Under the pieces are notes generated by a model. That model did no database searches and was not told the DNA's origin. It saw only the letters and a list, made by a program, of their open reading frames with translations. The position numbers and the translations under genes are program-made. DNA of 64,000 nt from Duncaniella sp. (GTDB lineage Bacteria; Bacteroidota; Bacteroidia; Bacteroidales; Muribaculaceae), in NCBI GenBank assembly GCA_029060405.1, contig JAIDUB010000070.1:15372-79371 (forward strand), written 5' to 3'. Below, piece by piece: positions 25,624-35,751 of the stretch (position 1 is its first letter; every line of letters begins with the position of its first letter).

Positions 25624-27717
25624 TTATGCTTTATTGTTATTAACGTCGGCCGACGGCGAGGGTTGAGCGGTTTCTTCGGGATTTTTCTTCAGGTCGGGAT
25701 AAGAAATGCGGGTGTGGTACATGGTGCGGAGGCGCTGCACGAATACATCCTTTATTTCCTGAACGTCGCGGAACGAGATGGGAGAATCGTTGTGGAGTCC
25801 CTCGGCGATTTGGGTGTCGATGATGCGGTTGACAAGATTCTGTATCGCTTCGGGTGAATAATCCTTGAGGGAGCGCGACGATGCCTCTACGGCGTCGGCC
25901 ATCATCAGTATGGAGGTCTCTTTCGACGTGGGGTTGGGGCCGGGATAGCTGAACGGTGCTTTGTCGACGGTCTCGTCGGGGTGTGTATTGCAGTAGGTGG
26001 TGTAGAAGTATCTTGCGGTGCCGCGGCCGTGGTGCTCGGAGATGAATGAGCGTATTATCTGGGGAAGCTTGTTTTTCTCGGCCATCTTCAGGCCTTCGGT
26101 GACGTGTCCGGTGATGACTCGCGCGCTCTGGAGCGGATCGAGTGCATCGTGGGGATTTACGCCGTGCTGGTTTTCGGTATAGAATGCCGGATTCTTGATT
26201 TTGCCTATGTCGTGATACAGGGCTCCGGCTCTCACGAGCTGCACGTTGGCGCCTATGCGTCGGGCGGCTTCAGCCGAGAGATTCGACACCTGCATCGAGT
26301 GCTGGAATGTGCCGGGACATTCTTCTGAAAGCTCGCGGAGCAGCGGATTGTTTATATCGCTCAGCTCCACGAGTGTCACGCGCGATGTGAAGCCGAATAT
26401 GCGCTCGAATATGAATATGAGCACGTAGCAGAACGATACGAGCACGCCGTTGACGGCAAACAAGCCGAACATGCGCGGCTGCAGGTTTTCGATCGAACCG
26501 CTCGTCATGAGCTCGATGGCTACATACGACAGGCAATACGACAGCAGTATCAGCACGGCCGTGCGTATCAGCTGCGAGCGCCGTGCGAGGTCGTTGAGCG
26601 AGTCTATAGCCACCACTCCGGCCACGAACTGCACGAAGATAAATTCGAGGGCAAACGACGGCAATATGGCGCATATGAATATCTCGATAAGAAATGTATA
26701 GAGTGCCGTGCGCGAGTCCATGAATATTTCAGTGATGATAGGCAGGATGGTGAACGGCACGAGGTAGATTCCGTGGCGGAACGTGGCGTCCATCGCAAAC
26801 GCAAACAGCGACAGGGCCGTGATGGCGCTCATGACAAAAAGCATCATGGAGTCGTTGCTGAAATACTGCGGGCGGAAATACAGGAAGTAGCAGTAGAGGA
26901 TGGTGAAGAGGATGATGACGTAGAGCGTCTGTCCGGCTATGGGATAATAACTGCTGGCATCCACTTCAGTAGAGCGGTCGGCAAGCATTTCCTCATAGGT
27001 GTGGAGCACGGTGGCCAGTCGCGGTGTCACCACTTCGCCTTTGTCGATTATGCGTTCTCCGGTCTGGATCACACCCACGGGAGCCATTGCCTTGAGATAG
27101 GCATCGGAGAGCAGGCGCTCGGTCAGTGCTGAGTCGGGACGTATGTTGGGCTCAAGCAGTTCCGACAGATGTATCGCTGCGATAGCAGCGTGGACATGGG
27201 GTGAGCGGAACGATGAGTCAAGTCTCTCGTAGGCGCGGATTACCGACAGGAACTGACCCGTAGGCATCGACATGGATATATTGTCGTGGATGAAGCGCAC
27301 TGCCGGAAGGCGCCCCGAGCGGATTTCGGAATACACGTCGCGCGACACTATGCCGTCGCTGTAGATTTTACGCACTCGGGCTATGATTTCGTTTTTCTCG
27401 GTGGGCGAGATGTTGAGCGTGTCGGTAGAGTTGAGGCGTGAGGATATTTCGCCCACTATGAGCTTCTCGGCATTGGAATCACGTATGAATACCGGCTCGA
27501 ATTTCGAGTCGATGCTGTCTTTTACGTGGCGAGCCGAAAGCGAGTCGAGATGCACGGGTATGTCGAACGGTGCGGTGAGCAGGCCGTAGCTCCACGGGCG
27601 GTTTTCCTCATAGACATATTCGCGCTGGCTCGTTCGCGGCAGGAAATATACTATGGCGGCCACTGCCACCACAAAATATATGGCACGCAGCCACTTGGAT
27701 TTCTTGGATAGTTTCAT
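25624..27717 (-). CDS. 7TM-HD (HDIG) phosphohydrolase, PgpH-like
   Basis: Extracellular domain, 7 TM, LVELSD...PGTFQHS, ALYHDIGK, EHHG, MMADAVEA. Confidence 0.9.
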   Translation of the reverse strand: MKLSKKSKWLRAIYFVVAVAAIVYFLPRTSQREYVYEENRPWSYGLLTAPFDIPVHLDSLSARHVKDSIDSKFEPVFIRDSNAEKLIVGEISSRLNSTDTLNISPTEKNEIIARVRKIYSDGIVSRDVYSEIRSGRLPAVRFIHDNISMSMPTGQFLSVIRAYERLDSSFRSPHVHAAIAAIHLSELLEPNIRPDSALTERLLSDAYLKAMAPVGVIQTGERIIDKGEVVTPRLATVLHTYEEMLADRSTEVDASSYYPIAGQTLYVIILFTILYCYFLYFRPQYFSNDSMMLFVMSAITALSLFAFAMDATFRHGIYLVPFTILPIITEIFMDSRTALYTFLIEIFICAILPSFALEFIFVQFVAGVVAIDSLNDLARRSQLIRTAVLILLSYCLSYVAIELMTSGSIENLQPRMFGLFAVNGVLVSFCYVLIFIFERIFGFTSRVTLVELSDINNPLLRELSEECPGTFQHSMQVSNLSAEAARRIGANVQLVRAGALYHDIGKIKNPAFYTENQHGVNPHDALDPLQSARVITGHVTEGLKMAEKNKLPQIIRSFISEHHGRGTARYFYTTYCNTHPDETVDKAPFSYPGPNPTSKETSILMMADAVEASSRSLKDYSPEAIQNLVNRIIDTQIAEGLHNDSPISFRDVQEIKDVFVQRLRTMYHTRISYPDLKKNPEETAQPSPSADVNNNKA

Positions 27718-27732
27718 AGGCGTATAGTCTTG

Positions 27733-29979
27733 TCAGCGGGCGCGCACGGCGCTCTTCACTCCGTCGATTTTCAGAATGTTTTTGCACAGCAGATTCACCG
27801 TGTCGGTATCGCGTACCAGTACGCCCAGCCGGCATGTGAACACTTCGTCGTGGGCCTCGATGTTGAGACTGCGTATATTGATGTTGAGTTGGGTCGATAT
27901 TAGTCCGGTGAGCTCCTGAAGTATACCGTGACGGTCAATGCCCTCGATACTTATTACGGCGTGGAACGAGCCTGCCACATGCTCCCAGCTCGTGGCCACG
28001 ATGCGCGGCCCGTAGCTTGCCTTGAGCACCTGCGCGCGGGGGCAGGTGAGCTCATGTACTTCCACCTCACCGTTGTCATTGATGAATCCCATCACCTCGT
28101 CGCCGGGTATCGGGCGGCAGCAGTCGGCGAACACGAAGTTGCGTTCGCGGTCGTTGTATTTCAGCACATATTTCTCTTTCGTGTTGATTTTCGGGCGGGC
28201 GGGCTTGGTGTCGGGTTGGGCGTCGGTCTTTTCTTTCTTTTTCTTTCCTCCGCCTAATCCGAGGGAGAATATCTTTGATATCAGTGATCGGGCGCGTGAT
28301 GATGTGCTTTCGTTCAGATAATCGTCAATCGAAATCTCGCCGCTTCCGAGTTTGTAGAATAGCTCCTCGCGGTTGGCCACTTTATATGTGCCGAGAATCT
28401 TTGTCAGCACATTGTTGTTGAGATTGATGTTTTTGTCGGCGAGAAATTTGTCGAATATCTGTTTGCCTTTCTCCATGAGCGGCTGCTGGACGCGGCGCAG
28501 CTCCTTGCGAAGGCGGGTTTTGGCCTTGGCCGACGAGAGGAAGTTTTCCCACTCGGGCTTTGGTGTCTGCGATTGCGAAGTGAGGATTTCGACCTGATCG
28601 CCGCTCTGCAGTCGATGGCTCAGGGGCACGAGTTTATGGTTGACCTTTGCCGCTATGCAGTGTGTTCCTATCTCGGAGTGAAGCGAAAATGCCACGTCGA
28701 GCACAGATGAGTTGGCCGGCAGCGTTAAGATCTCACCCTTGGGTGTGAATACGGCTATTTCCGATGAGAAGAGATTCATTTTCAGGGTGTCGAGGAAGTC
28801 AATAGCGCTTGGCGTGGGATCCTCGAGTATATCCTTGATGGTCGAGAGCCATTCGTTGAGTTCGCTCTCCTCGTCGCTTTCGCCCTGCTTGTATTTCCAG
28901 TGAGCAGCGAATCCCTTTTCGGCTATCTCGTCCATGCGGCGAGAGCGTATCTGCACTTCTATCCAGTGTCCGTCGGGACCCATGAGGGTGACGTGGAGAG
29001 CCTGATATCCGTTGGCTTTGGGATTGGTTATCCAGTCGCGGGTGCGCTCAGGGTGGGGACGGTAGAGGTCGGTGATCGCCGAGTAGATTTTATAGCATGT
29101 CTCCTTTTCCTTGCTCAGGTCAGGGCACTCGAATATGATGCGCATGGCGAAGAGGTCATATACTTCCTCGAAGGGGATGTGTTTCGTCTCCATCTTGCGC
29201 CATATCGAGTAGATGGATTTCAGCCGGTTTCTGGCTTCATACTTTATGCCCATTTCGTTGAGCCGCGTGTGGATGGGAGCGGCAAATTCGGTGTAGAGGG
29301 CGTCGCGGTCCTCCGCCGTGTTTTTAATCAACTGCTCTATGCGGGCATATTCCTTAGGATGCTCATATTTGAAACTCAGATCCTCCAGTTCGGTCTTGAT
29401 TTCAAAAAGGCCTAACCGGTGGGCGAGGGGCGCATATATATATAATGTCTCTCCGGCGATTTTGTATTGCTTGTTAGGAGCCATGGACCCGAGTGTGCGC
29501 ATGTTGTGTAGACGGTCGGCCATCTTGATAAGCACCACCCTGATATCCTCGCTCATAGTCAGGAGCAGCTTGCGGAAGTTCTCGGCCTGAGCCGAAGCCT
29601 TGTCGCCGAATATACCGCCCGATATTTTGGTGAGGCCTTCGACTATCATGGCGATTTTTTTTCCGAAATGCTGCTCGATGTCTTCTACGGTATACTCCGT
29701 ATCCTCCACTACGTCGTGGAGCAATGCCGCGCATATTGAAGTGGAACCGAGACCTATCTCCCGGCTGGCGATTTTGGCCACTGCGATAGGATGAAGTATA
29801 TATGGTTCGCCCGAGCGGCGGCGCACGCCTTTGTGGGCTTCCTTGGCGAAACTGAAAGCGCGCTCGATTATCTCGACTTTCTTTCGGTGGTTGCTGCTTA
29901 GATATCCGTCGAGCAGATCGCGAAACTCACGGTCGACGAGTTGTTCTTCCTGCTCCGGTGTAAGGTTATATTGCTCCAT
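27733..29979 (-). CDS. relA: bifunctional (p)ppGpp synthetase/hydrolase RelA/SpoT
   Basis: RRSGEPYILHP, LLHDVVED, KMADRLHNMRT, NGYQALH, EVQIR, TGS and ACT domains. Confidence 0.95.
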   Translation of the reverse strand: MEQYNLTPEQEEQLVDREFRDLLDGYLSSNHRKKVEIIERAFSFAKEAHKGVRRRSGEPYILHPIAVAKIASREIGLGSTSICAALLHDVVEDTEYTVEDIEQHFGKKIAMIVEGLTKISGGIFGDKASAQAENFRKLLLTMSEDIRVVLIKMADRLHNMRTLGSMAPNKQYKIAGETLYIYAPLAHRLGLFEIKTELEDLSFKYEHPKEYARIEQLIKNTAEDRDALYTEFAAPIHTRLNEMGIKYEARNRLKSIYSIWRKMETKHIPFEEVYDLFAMRIIFECPDLSKEKETCYKIYSAITDLYRPHPERTRDWITNPKANGYQALHVTLMGPDGHWIEVQIRSRRMDEIAEKGFAAHWKYKQGESDEESELNEWLSTIKDILEDPTPSAIDFLDTLKMNLFSSEIAVFTPKGEILTLPANSSVLDVAFSLHSEIGTHCIAAKVNHKLVPLSHRLQSGDQVEILTSQSQTPKPEWENFLSSAKAKTRLRKELRRVQQPLMEKGKQIFDKFLADKNINLNNNVLTKILGTYKVANREELFYKLGSGEISIDDYLNESTSSRARSLISKIFSLGLGGGKKKKEKTDAQPDTKPARPKINTKEKYVLKYNDRERNFVFADCCRPIPGDEVMGFINDNGEVEVHELTCPRAQVLKASYGPRIVATSWEHVAGSFHAVISIEGIDRHGILQELTGLISTQLNINIRSLNIEAHDEVFTCRLGVLVRDTDTVNLLCKNILKIDGVKSAVRAR

Positions 29980-30252
29980 GTCTTTAGGTCTTTAAGAAAT
30001 ACTATTTCTTCATTTTACAAAAATAACAACATTCCCGCAAACGTGCAAAATTCCGCCGCCAGATTTTTTTCTGTCTGCGTGATGCAAGTGGAGCGGTAGT
30101 TTGAGCGTCTCAGAGCGCAATATTTCCTTATTCCTTACCGAATGGATGTTTTCGTTTAATTCTAAAAGGCTGAAATTTGACTTAAGGCATTGAAATACAA
30201 GTCAGAAAGCTGATTTTTTCTTTCTGCGAAATACGAGCGGAAAATTTGCTGC

Positions 30253-30283
30253 TTTGCAGTTTGGATTATTTTTCTTATTTTTG
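30253..30283 (+). promoter_or_regulatory. -33/-7 promoter for ybeY-mnmG
   Basis: TTTG 30253-30256, 19-nt spacer, TATTTTTG 30276-30283. Confidence 0.6.
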
Positions 30284-30301
30284 TGAGTAATATATCTAAT
30301 A

Positions 30302-30763
30302 ATGAGCCCGAATATTGAATGGACCACCGCCGGGTCGGTTGCGATGCCTGATATACAACCTTGCTTTCTTGATGCTTGGATTTCCCTTGTTGCAGGCGAT
30401 CACGGTTTTTCGGTAGGTAAGCTTAGATACATATTTTGTGATGATGAGGAAATACTGCGAATAAACCGAGAATTTCTTCAGCATGATTATTATACCGATA
30501 TTATTACATTCGACTATACCCGCCGCAATCGCGTATCGGGTGAGATGTTTATTTCCCTTGACACTGTGGCGTCAAATGCCGAATCAGTTGGAGCGACTTT
30601 TCAACGCGAACTGCTTCGGGTCATAATTCATGGTGTGCTTCATCTGTGTGGCGTTAATGACAAGGGCCCCGGTGAGCGGGAAATTATGGAAAGGCATGAG
30701 AATGAGGCTCTTGACAGGCTTCAAGCTTTTCTTATCGGTTTGTCAAATGAAAATTCCGACTGA
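30302..30763 (+). CDS. ybeY: rRNA maturation RNase YbeY
   Basis: YIFCDDE, HDYYTDIITFDY, RVIIHGVLHLCG.ND. Confidence 0.93.
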   Translation: MSPNIEWTTAGSVAMPDIQPCFLDAWISLVAGDHGFSVGKLRYIFCDDEEILRINREFLQHDYYTDIITFDYTRRNRVSGEMFISLDTVASNAESVGATFQRELLRVIIHGVLHLCGVNDKGPGEREIMERHENEALDRLQAFLIGLSNENSD

Positions 30764-30769
30764 CAAAAA

Positions 30770-32650
30770 GTGAAATACAGTTATGATGTCATAGTTGTAG
30801 GTGCGGGGCATGCCGGTTGTGAGGCGGCTTCTGCATCGGCGCGTATGGGTTGCGAGACGCTTCTCATAACTATCGATATGAATAAGATTGCCCAGATGAG
30901 TTGTAATCCCGCTGTTGGTGGGATAGCTAAAGGACAGATAGTAAGAGAGATAGATGCGCTTGGAGGCATGATGGGACTTGTTACTGATGAAACGGCGATT
31001 CAGTTCCGCATGCTCAACCGCTCGAAAGGGCCCGCAATGTGGAGCCCTCGTGCCCAAAGCGATCGTATGGCATTTTCCCTGCGATGGCGCTCGATTCTTG
31101 AAAATACTCCTCATCTGTGGATGTGGCAGGATTCTGTGACAAATCTTATCATAGATGACGGACGGGTCGCGGGCGTGAGAACTGCGCTCGGTCTGGAATT
31201 CAGGTCGCGGGCGGTGGTGCTTACCAACGGTACCTTTCTCAACGGACTAATGCATACCGGCAGGGTGCAACTTCCCGGCGGTCGCGTAGCCGAGCCTGCT
31301 TCAACCGGTATCACCGAGCAACTTCGTGAACTCGGTTTCCGTACTGACCGAATGAAAACCGGTACGCCTGTGCGCATTGACGGTAGATCTGTTAAGTGGG
31401 AGCTTACAAACTTGCAGGAAGGTGATAATGATTTTCACAAGTTTTCTTACCTTCCGGAGTCTAAAAGAGTGCTGCGTCAGCGTCCCTGTCATACGGTTTA
31501 TACCAACTCCCTGACTCATGAGATACTGCGCGAGGCACTTCCTGATTCCCCGCTTTACAACGGGCAGATACGGAGTATAGGGCCGCGATATTGCCCGAGT
31601 ATCGAAACGAAGATAGTGACATTCGCCGACAAGAATGAGCATCAACTTTTCCTCGAACCCGAGGGAGAGACCACTACAGAATATTATCTCAACGGATTCT
31701 CGAGTTCGCTTCCGGTCGATGTGCAGTTTCGTGCACTCGCGACCATTCCGGCGCTTGCCGATGTGCAGCTGTTCCGTCCCGGTTATGCCATCGAATATGA
31801 CTTTTTCGATCCCACTCAGCTGTATCATTCGCTGGAAACAAAACTGATATCCGGACTGTTCTTTGCCGGTCAGATTAACGGCACCACAGGATATGAGGAA
31901 GCCGCCGGACAAGGTCTTGTGGCAGGTGTTAACGCCGCTTTATCAACAAAGGGTGACAGCCGTTTCCTCCTTGCCCGCGACGAATCTTATATAGGGGTTC
32001 TTATCGACGACCTCGTTACAAAGGGGGTCGACGAACCTTACCGCATGTTTACCTCGCGCGCTGAGTACAGAATCCTTCTTCGTCAGGACGACGCCGATAT
32101 GCGGTTGACTCCGCGAGGTTATGAAGTGGGAATTGTAGATGAACGACGCTATCAGCTTATGGAGAGTAAAAAGTGGCAGCGCGACGCCATCATTCAATTC
32201 TGTCATGACTACTCGGTAAAAGCTTCGGTAATTAATCCGTATCTCGAGAAGCTCGGATTGCAACCGGTAAAGCAGGGCGTAAAACTGATTAACCTTGTGC
32301 TTCAGCCGTCGCTCAACCTTGGTTTACTCGCCGATGGTTTGCCCGATTTCCATTCTTTTATTGAAGATAATATCGAGACTGAGCGTCGTGAGGAAATTCT
32401 TGAAGCTGCTGAAGTGCTTATGAAGTATGACGGTTATATCAAGCGCGAGCAACTTATTGCCGATAAACTGCGCCGACTCGAAGGGGTGAAGATTCGTGGC
32501 AAACTTGATTACTCGTCGATAAAAGCTCTCTCTACCGAGGCCCGTCAGAAACTTCAGCGAATCGATCCTGAAACGGTAGGTCAGGCATCAAGAATACCCG
32601 GTATATCTCCGGCCGATGTGAATATACTTTTGCTTCTTATGGGAAGATAA
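30770..32650 (+). CDS. mnmG: tRNA uridine-5-carboxymethylaminomethyl modification enzyme
   Basis: VVGAGHAGCEAA, MSCNPAVGG, MKTGTP, GPRYCPSIE, GQINGTTGYEEAAGQG; start is GTG. Confidence 0.97.
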   Translation: MKYSYDVIVVGAGHAGCEAASASARMGCETLLITIDMNKIAQMSCNPAVGGIAKGQIVREIDALGGMMGLVTDETAIQFRMLNRSKGPAMWSPRAQSDRMAFSLRWRSILENTPHLWMWQDSVTNLIIDDGRVAGVRTALGLEFRSRAVVLTNGTFLNGLMHTGRVQLPGGRVAEPASTGITEQLRELGFRTDRMKTGTPVRIDGRSVKWELTNLQEGDNDFHKFSYLPESKRVLRQRPCHTVYTNSLTHEILREALPDSPLYNGQIRSIGPRYCPSIETKIVTFADKNEHQLFLEPEGETTTEYYLNGFSSSLPVDVQFRALATIPALADVQLFRPGYAIEYDFFDPTQLYHSLETKLISGLFFAGQINGTTGYEEAAGQGLVAGVNAALSTKGDSRFLLARDESYIGVLIDDLVTKGVDEPYRMFTSRAEYRILLRQDDADMRLTPRGYEVGIVDERRYQLMESKKWQRDAIIQFCHDYSVKASVINPYLEKLGLQPVKQGVKLINLVLQPSLNLGLLADGLPDFHSFIEDNIETERREEILEAAEVLMKYDGYIKREQLIADKLRRLEGVKIRGKLDYSSIKALSTEARQKLQRIDPETVGQASRIPGISPADVNILLLLMGR

Positions 32651-32672
32651 AATATACGATAAGAAATACTAT

Positions 32673-32688
32673 TGTTCCACGTGAAACA
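32673..32688. promoter_or_regulatory. parS centromere-like site
   Basis: TGTTCCACGTGAAACA matches the parS consensus TGTTNCACGTGAAACA. Confidence 0.85.
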
Positions 32689-32698
32689 TTTTACAGCG

Positions 32699-33244
32699 AT
32701 GAATGAAAATTTAATATCGGAAAATATGGAATATCTGAAATCCAAAATCCGCGATGTAGTTGACTTCCCCAAGAAAGGAATCATCTTCCGCGATCTCACA
32801 ACTCTGTTTAAGGATCCCCGCGGCCTGCATATCATCGGTTGGGATCTTTCGCAACTCTACCGTGACAAGGGCGTGACCAAGGTGGTAGGTATAGAGTCAC
32901 GCGGTTTTATCGGAGGCAGCATACTCGCATTTGAACTCGGTGCGGGTTTCGTGCCTGTGCGTAAGCCCGGCAAACTTCCCGCCGACACCATTCAGGCATC
33001 GTATGACAAAGAGTATGGGAAGGATGTAATCGAAATCCACCGTGATGCCATTACGCCTGACGATGTGGTGGTGCTCCATGACGATATACTCGCTACCGGT
33101 GGCACTATGGCCGCAGCCTACAATCTGGTGAAGTCGATGAATCCGAAGAAAATCTATATAAATTTCATTGCGGAGCTCTCTGAACTCAACGGTCGCGCCG
33201 TACTTCCTGCCGATGCTGAAGTGACATCGCTCATCAAGTTTTGA
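32699..33244 (+). CDS. apt: adenine phosphoribosyltransferase
   Basis: DFPKKGIIFRDLTTL, GIESRGF, VRKPGKLP, LHDDILATGGT; start at 32699 (or 32726). Confidence 0.95.
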   Translation: MNENLISENMEYLKSKIRDVVDFPKKGIIFRDLTTLFKDPRGLHIIGWDLSQLYRDKGVTKVVGIESRGFIGGSILAFELGAGFVPVRKPGKLPADTIQASYDKEYGKDVIEIHRDAITPDDVVVLHDDILATGGTMAAAYNLVKSMNPKKIYINFIAELSELNGRAVLPADAEVTSLIKF

Positions 33245-33334
33245 CAGTAGCGCTTACCGTAATCCTTACTGAATCTATTATTACTTGACGGACGCGCTCT
33301 GTAACGGACGCGTCCGTCGCTATCAACTGAAGCC

Positions 33335-35203
33335 ATGGTGAAAAAGTCGCCCGAACTCGCCGAGAAAATTTCCATACTGCCTGATACCCCCGGAGTATAT
33401 ATGTACTTCGACAAAGAGGGTACGGTGATATATGTGGGTAAGGCGAAGAATCTGAAGCGGCGCGTGTCGAGCTATTTCAACCGGACGCACGACCGCCTGC
33501 GCACGAATCTTCTCGTCAGAGCCATTGCCGACATGAAGTATATCGTGGTGCCTACGGAGCAGGATGCTCTCAATCTCGAGGCGTCGATGATCAAGGCTTA
33601 TCAGCCGCGCTACAATGTGCTGCTTAAGGACGACAAGACATATCCGTGGATCGTGGTGACCAACGAGCATTACCCTCGTGTGTTTCTGACCCGTCAGCTC
33701 ATAAAAGACGGCTCGAAATTCTACGGCCCTTACACCAATACCGCGGTGGCCCGTACGGTGCTTGATCTTATCCGCCGCCTGTATCCGCTGCGTTCATGCC
33801 GCCATGTCATCACGCCCGAATATATCGCCAAGGGCAAAGGGCGTCTCTGTCTTGATTACCATCTCAAGAAATGCTGCGGCCCTTGCGTGGGACTGGTGTC
33901 GGAGGAGGAGTATGGCAGGTATATAGAAAAAGTCAGACTGATACTCCGGGGAGAGACGGGCGAGCTGCTCCGGTATCTGCGCGACGAGATGGAGAAGCTT
34001 TCCGCGGAACTTCGTTTCGAGGAAGCTCAGGAGATAAAGGAGCAGTATGACCTCGTGACCCGCTACCGATCCAAGAGTGTGATCGTGTCTCCTGCGCTCA
34101 CCGATGTGGATGTATTCGGTATCGACCGCGAGGAAGGTTCGGCCGATGTCTTCATCAATTACATGCACGTGCGCGGCGGTGCGGTGGTGAGAAGTGTCAC
34201 GCTCGAATACAAGCAGCGACTTGACGAGAGCTCGGCCGACATGCTCGCTTATGCCATGGCCGAAATCCGGCAGTCGCTCGACGTGGAATTCGAGGAGGTG
34301 ATCGCTGCCGAAGTACCCGATGTGGAATTTCCCGGCGTCACGTTTACCGTGCCTAAAAAAGGCGACAAGCTCAAGCTGCTCGAGATCTCGGCAAGAAATG
34401 CGCGCCAGCAGCGTATCGATAAAATCAAGACCGCCGAGAAGCGTGACCCGTCGCTGCGCACCGACCGAATTCTCCGGCGTATTCAGCAGGACTTTCACTT
34501 ATCGGAGCTCCCGCGCCATATAGAATGTTTCGATAACTCCAATATTCAGGGCACGAATCCCGTGGCCTCGTGTGTGGTGTTCAAAGATGCGGTGCCATCG
34601 AAAAAAGATTACCGCCATTTCAATATCAAGACCGTGGAAGGCCCCGATGATTTTGCCTCGATGAAAGAGGTGCTCACCCGCCGATATTCGCGGCTCATGG
34701 AAGAAGGCGAACCATTGCCGCAGCTGGTGGTGGTGGACGGTGGCAAAGGGCAACTCTCGGCGGCGGTCGAGGCGCTCGACGCTATTGGTCTGCGTGGAAA
34801 AATTGCACTCGTCGGTATCGCCAAGCGACTTGAGGAAATCTATTTTCCCGGCGACTCAATCCCGCTGTATATCGACAAAAACAGCGAGACCCTACGTGTC
34901 ATCCAGCACCTGCGCGACGAGGCTCACCGATTCGGTATCACTCACCACCGCAACCGCCGTTCAAAAACTCAGGCTGTATCGGAACTCGATTCCATAAAGG
35001 GCGTCGGCGAGAAAACACGCATAGCCCTGCTTTCGCATTTCAAAAGCATCAAGCGACTGCGTGAGGCCCGGCTTGAAGAAATAGGCGATGTGGTGGGGCC
35101 GTCGAGAGCATCGATTGTCTACTCGGCTCTCCATGCCTCCGATAATATTGCTGACAGTGATAATCCGGAATCCATTAATTTGGAAGCAAAGCATGATAAT
35201 TAA
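33335..35203 (+). CDS. uvrC: excinuclease ABC subunit C
   Basis: PGVYMY, YVGKAKNLKRRVSSYF, ECFDNSNIQG, DDFASM, VVDGGKGQL, RDEAHRF, HhH. Confidence 0.97.
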   Translation: MVKKSPELAEKISILPDTPGVYMYFDKEGTVIYVGKAKNLKRRVSSYFNRTHDRLRTNLLVRAIADMKYIVVPTEQDALNLEASMIKAYQPRYNVLLKDDKTYPWIVVTNEHYPRVFLTRQLIKDGSKFYGPYTNTAVARTVLDLIRRLYPLRSCRHVITPEYIAKGKGRLCLDYHLKKCCGPCVGLVSEEEYGRYIEKVRLILRGETGELLRYLRDEMEKLSAELRFEEAQEIKEQYDLVTRYRSKSVIVSPALTDVDVFGIDREEGSADVFINYMHVRGGAVVRSVTLEYKQRLDESSADMLAYAMAEIRQSLDVEFEEVIAAEVPDVEFPGVTFTVPKKGDKLKLLEISARNARQQRIDKIKTAEKRDPSLRTDRILRRIQQDFHLSELPRHIECFDNSNIQGTNPVASCVVFKDAVPSKKDYRHFNIKTVEGPDDFASMKEVLTRRYSRLMEEGEPLPQLVVVDGGKGQLSAAVEALDAIGLRGKIALVGIAKRLEEIYFPGDSIPLYIDKNSETLRVIQHLRDEAHRFGITHHRNRRSKTQAVSELDSIKGVGEKTRIALLSHFKSIKRLREARLEEIGDVVGPSRASIVYSALHASDNIADSDNPESINLEAKHDN

Positions 35204-35525
35204 ATGTAAGCTCATCCCCGACGGAATATGCGTGAATCTCTTCGGAACCTGCTGGACCCGTGACACGAGCTGGATTACGGAGAAGGTCATCAACCATGAG
35301 AAAATCCACACAGCCCAGCAGCGCGAATTGCTTTTCGTGCCGTTCTATATCCTATACCTTATAGAGTGGTGTATCAAGAGGTTTCGGTATGACAGTTGGG
35401 AGAAAGCCTACTATAATATATCCTTCGAGCGCGAAGCCTACCGATACGGTCACGACCTCGGATATCTCGACAGACGGAAGTATTACTCATGGATGGGATA
35501 TTTATATAAAAGCGGGGATAAATAA
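35193..35525 (+). CDS. small HExxH putative metallopeptidase-like protein
   Basis: Start MIIKC at 35193, overlapping the uvrC end; INHEKIHTAQ...ISFEREAY. Confidence 0.7.
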   Translation: MIIKCKLIPDGICVNLFGTCWTRDTSWITEKVINHEKIHTAQQRELLFVPFYILYLIEWCIKRFRYDSWEKAYYNISFEREAYRYGHDLGYLDRRKYYSWMGYLYKSGDK

Positions 35526-35751
35526 CAATAAATCAGTGTATTGCGGTGCTGAGTGCCATGCCTGTTGCGACCGCAATATGAAATCAATGCCATCAAAGCC
35601 GCTCAACAAACTATCGCACAAACGCAAAATTCACTTAAAAATCATCCTGAAATTTTTTTAGTTAAGAAAAAGCTATTAATTTTGCAACTCGGAAAAATAT
35701 TGACTATCCGAGCAGTATCACACAGTAACCAATAAAACGAAACATATAGCA

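Noticed and set aside
29980-29995. GTCTTTAG/GTCTTTAA tandem octamer before relA
   Set aside because: Only two copies, too short to interpret.
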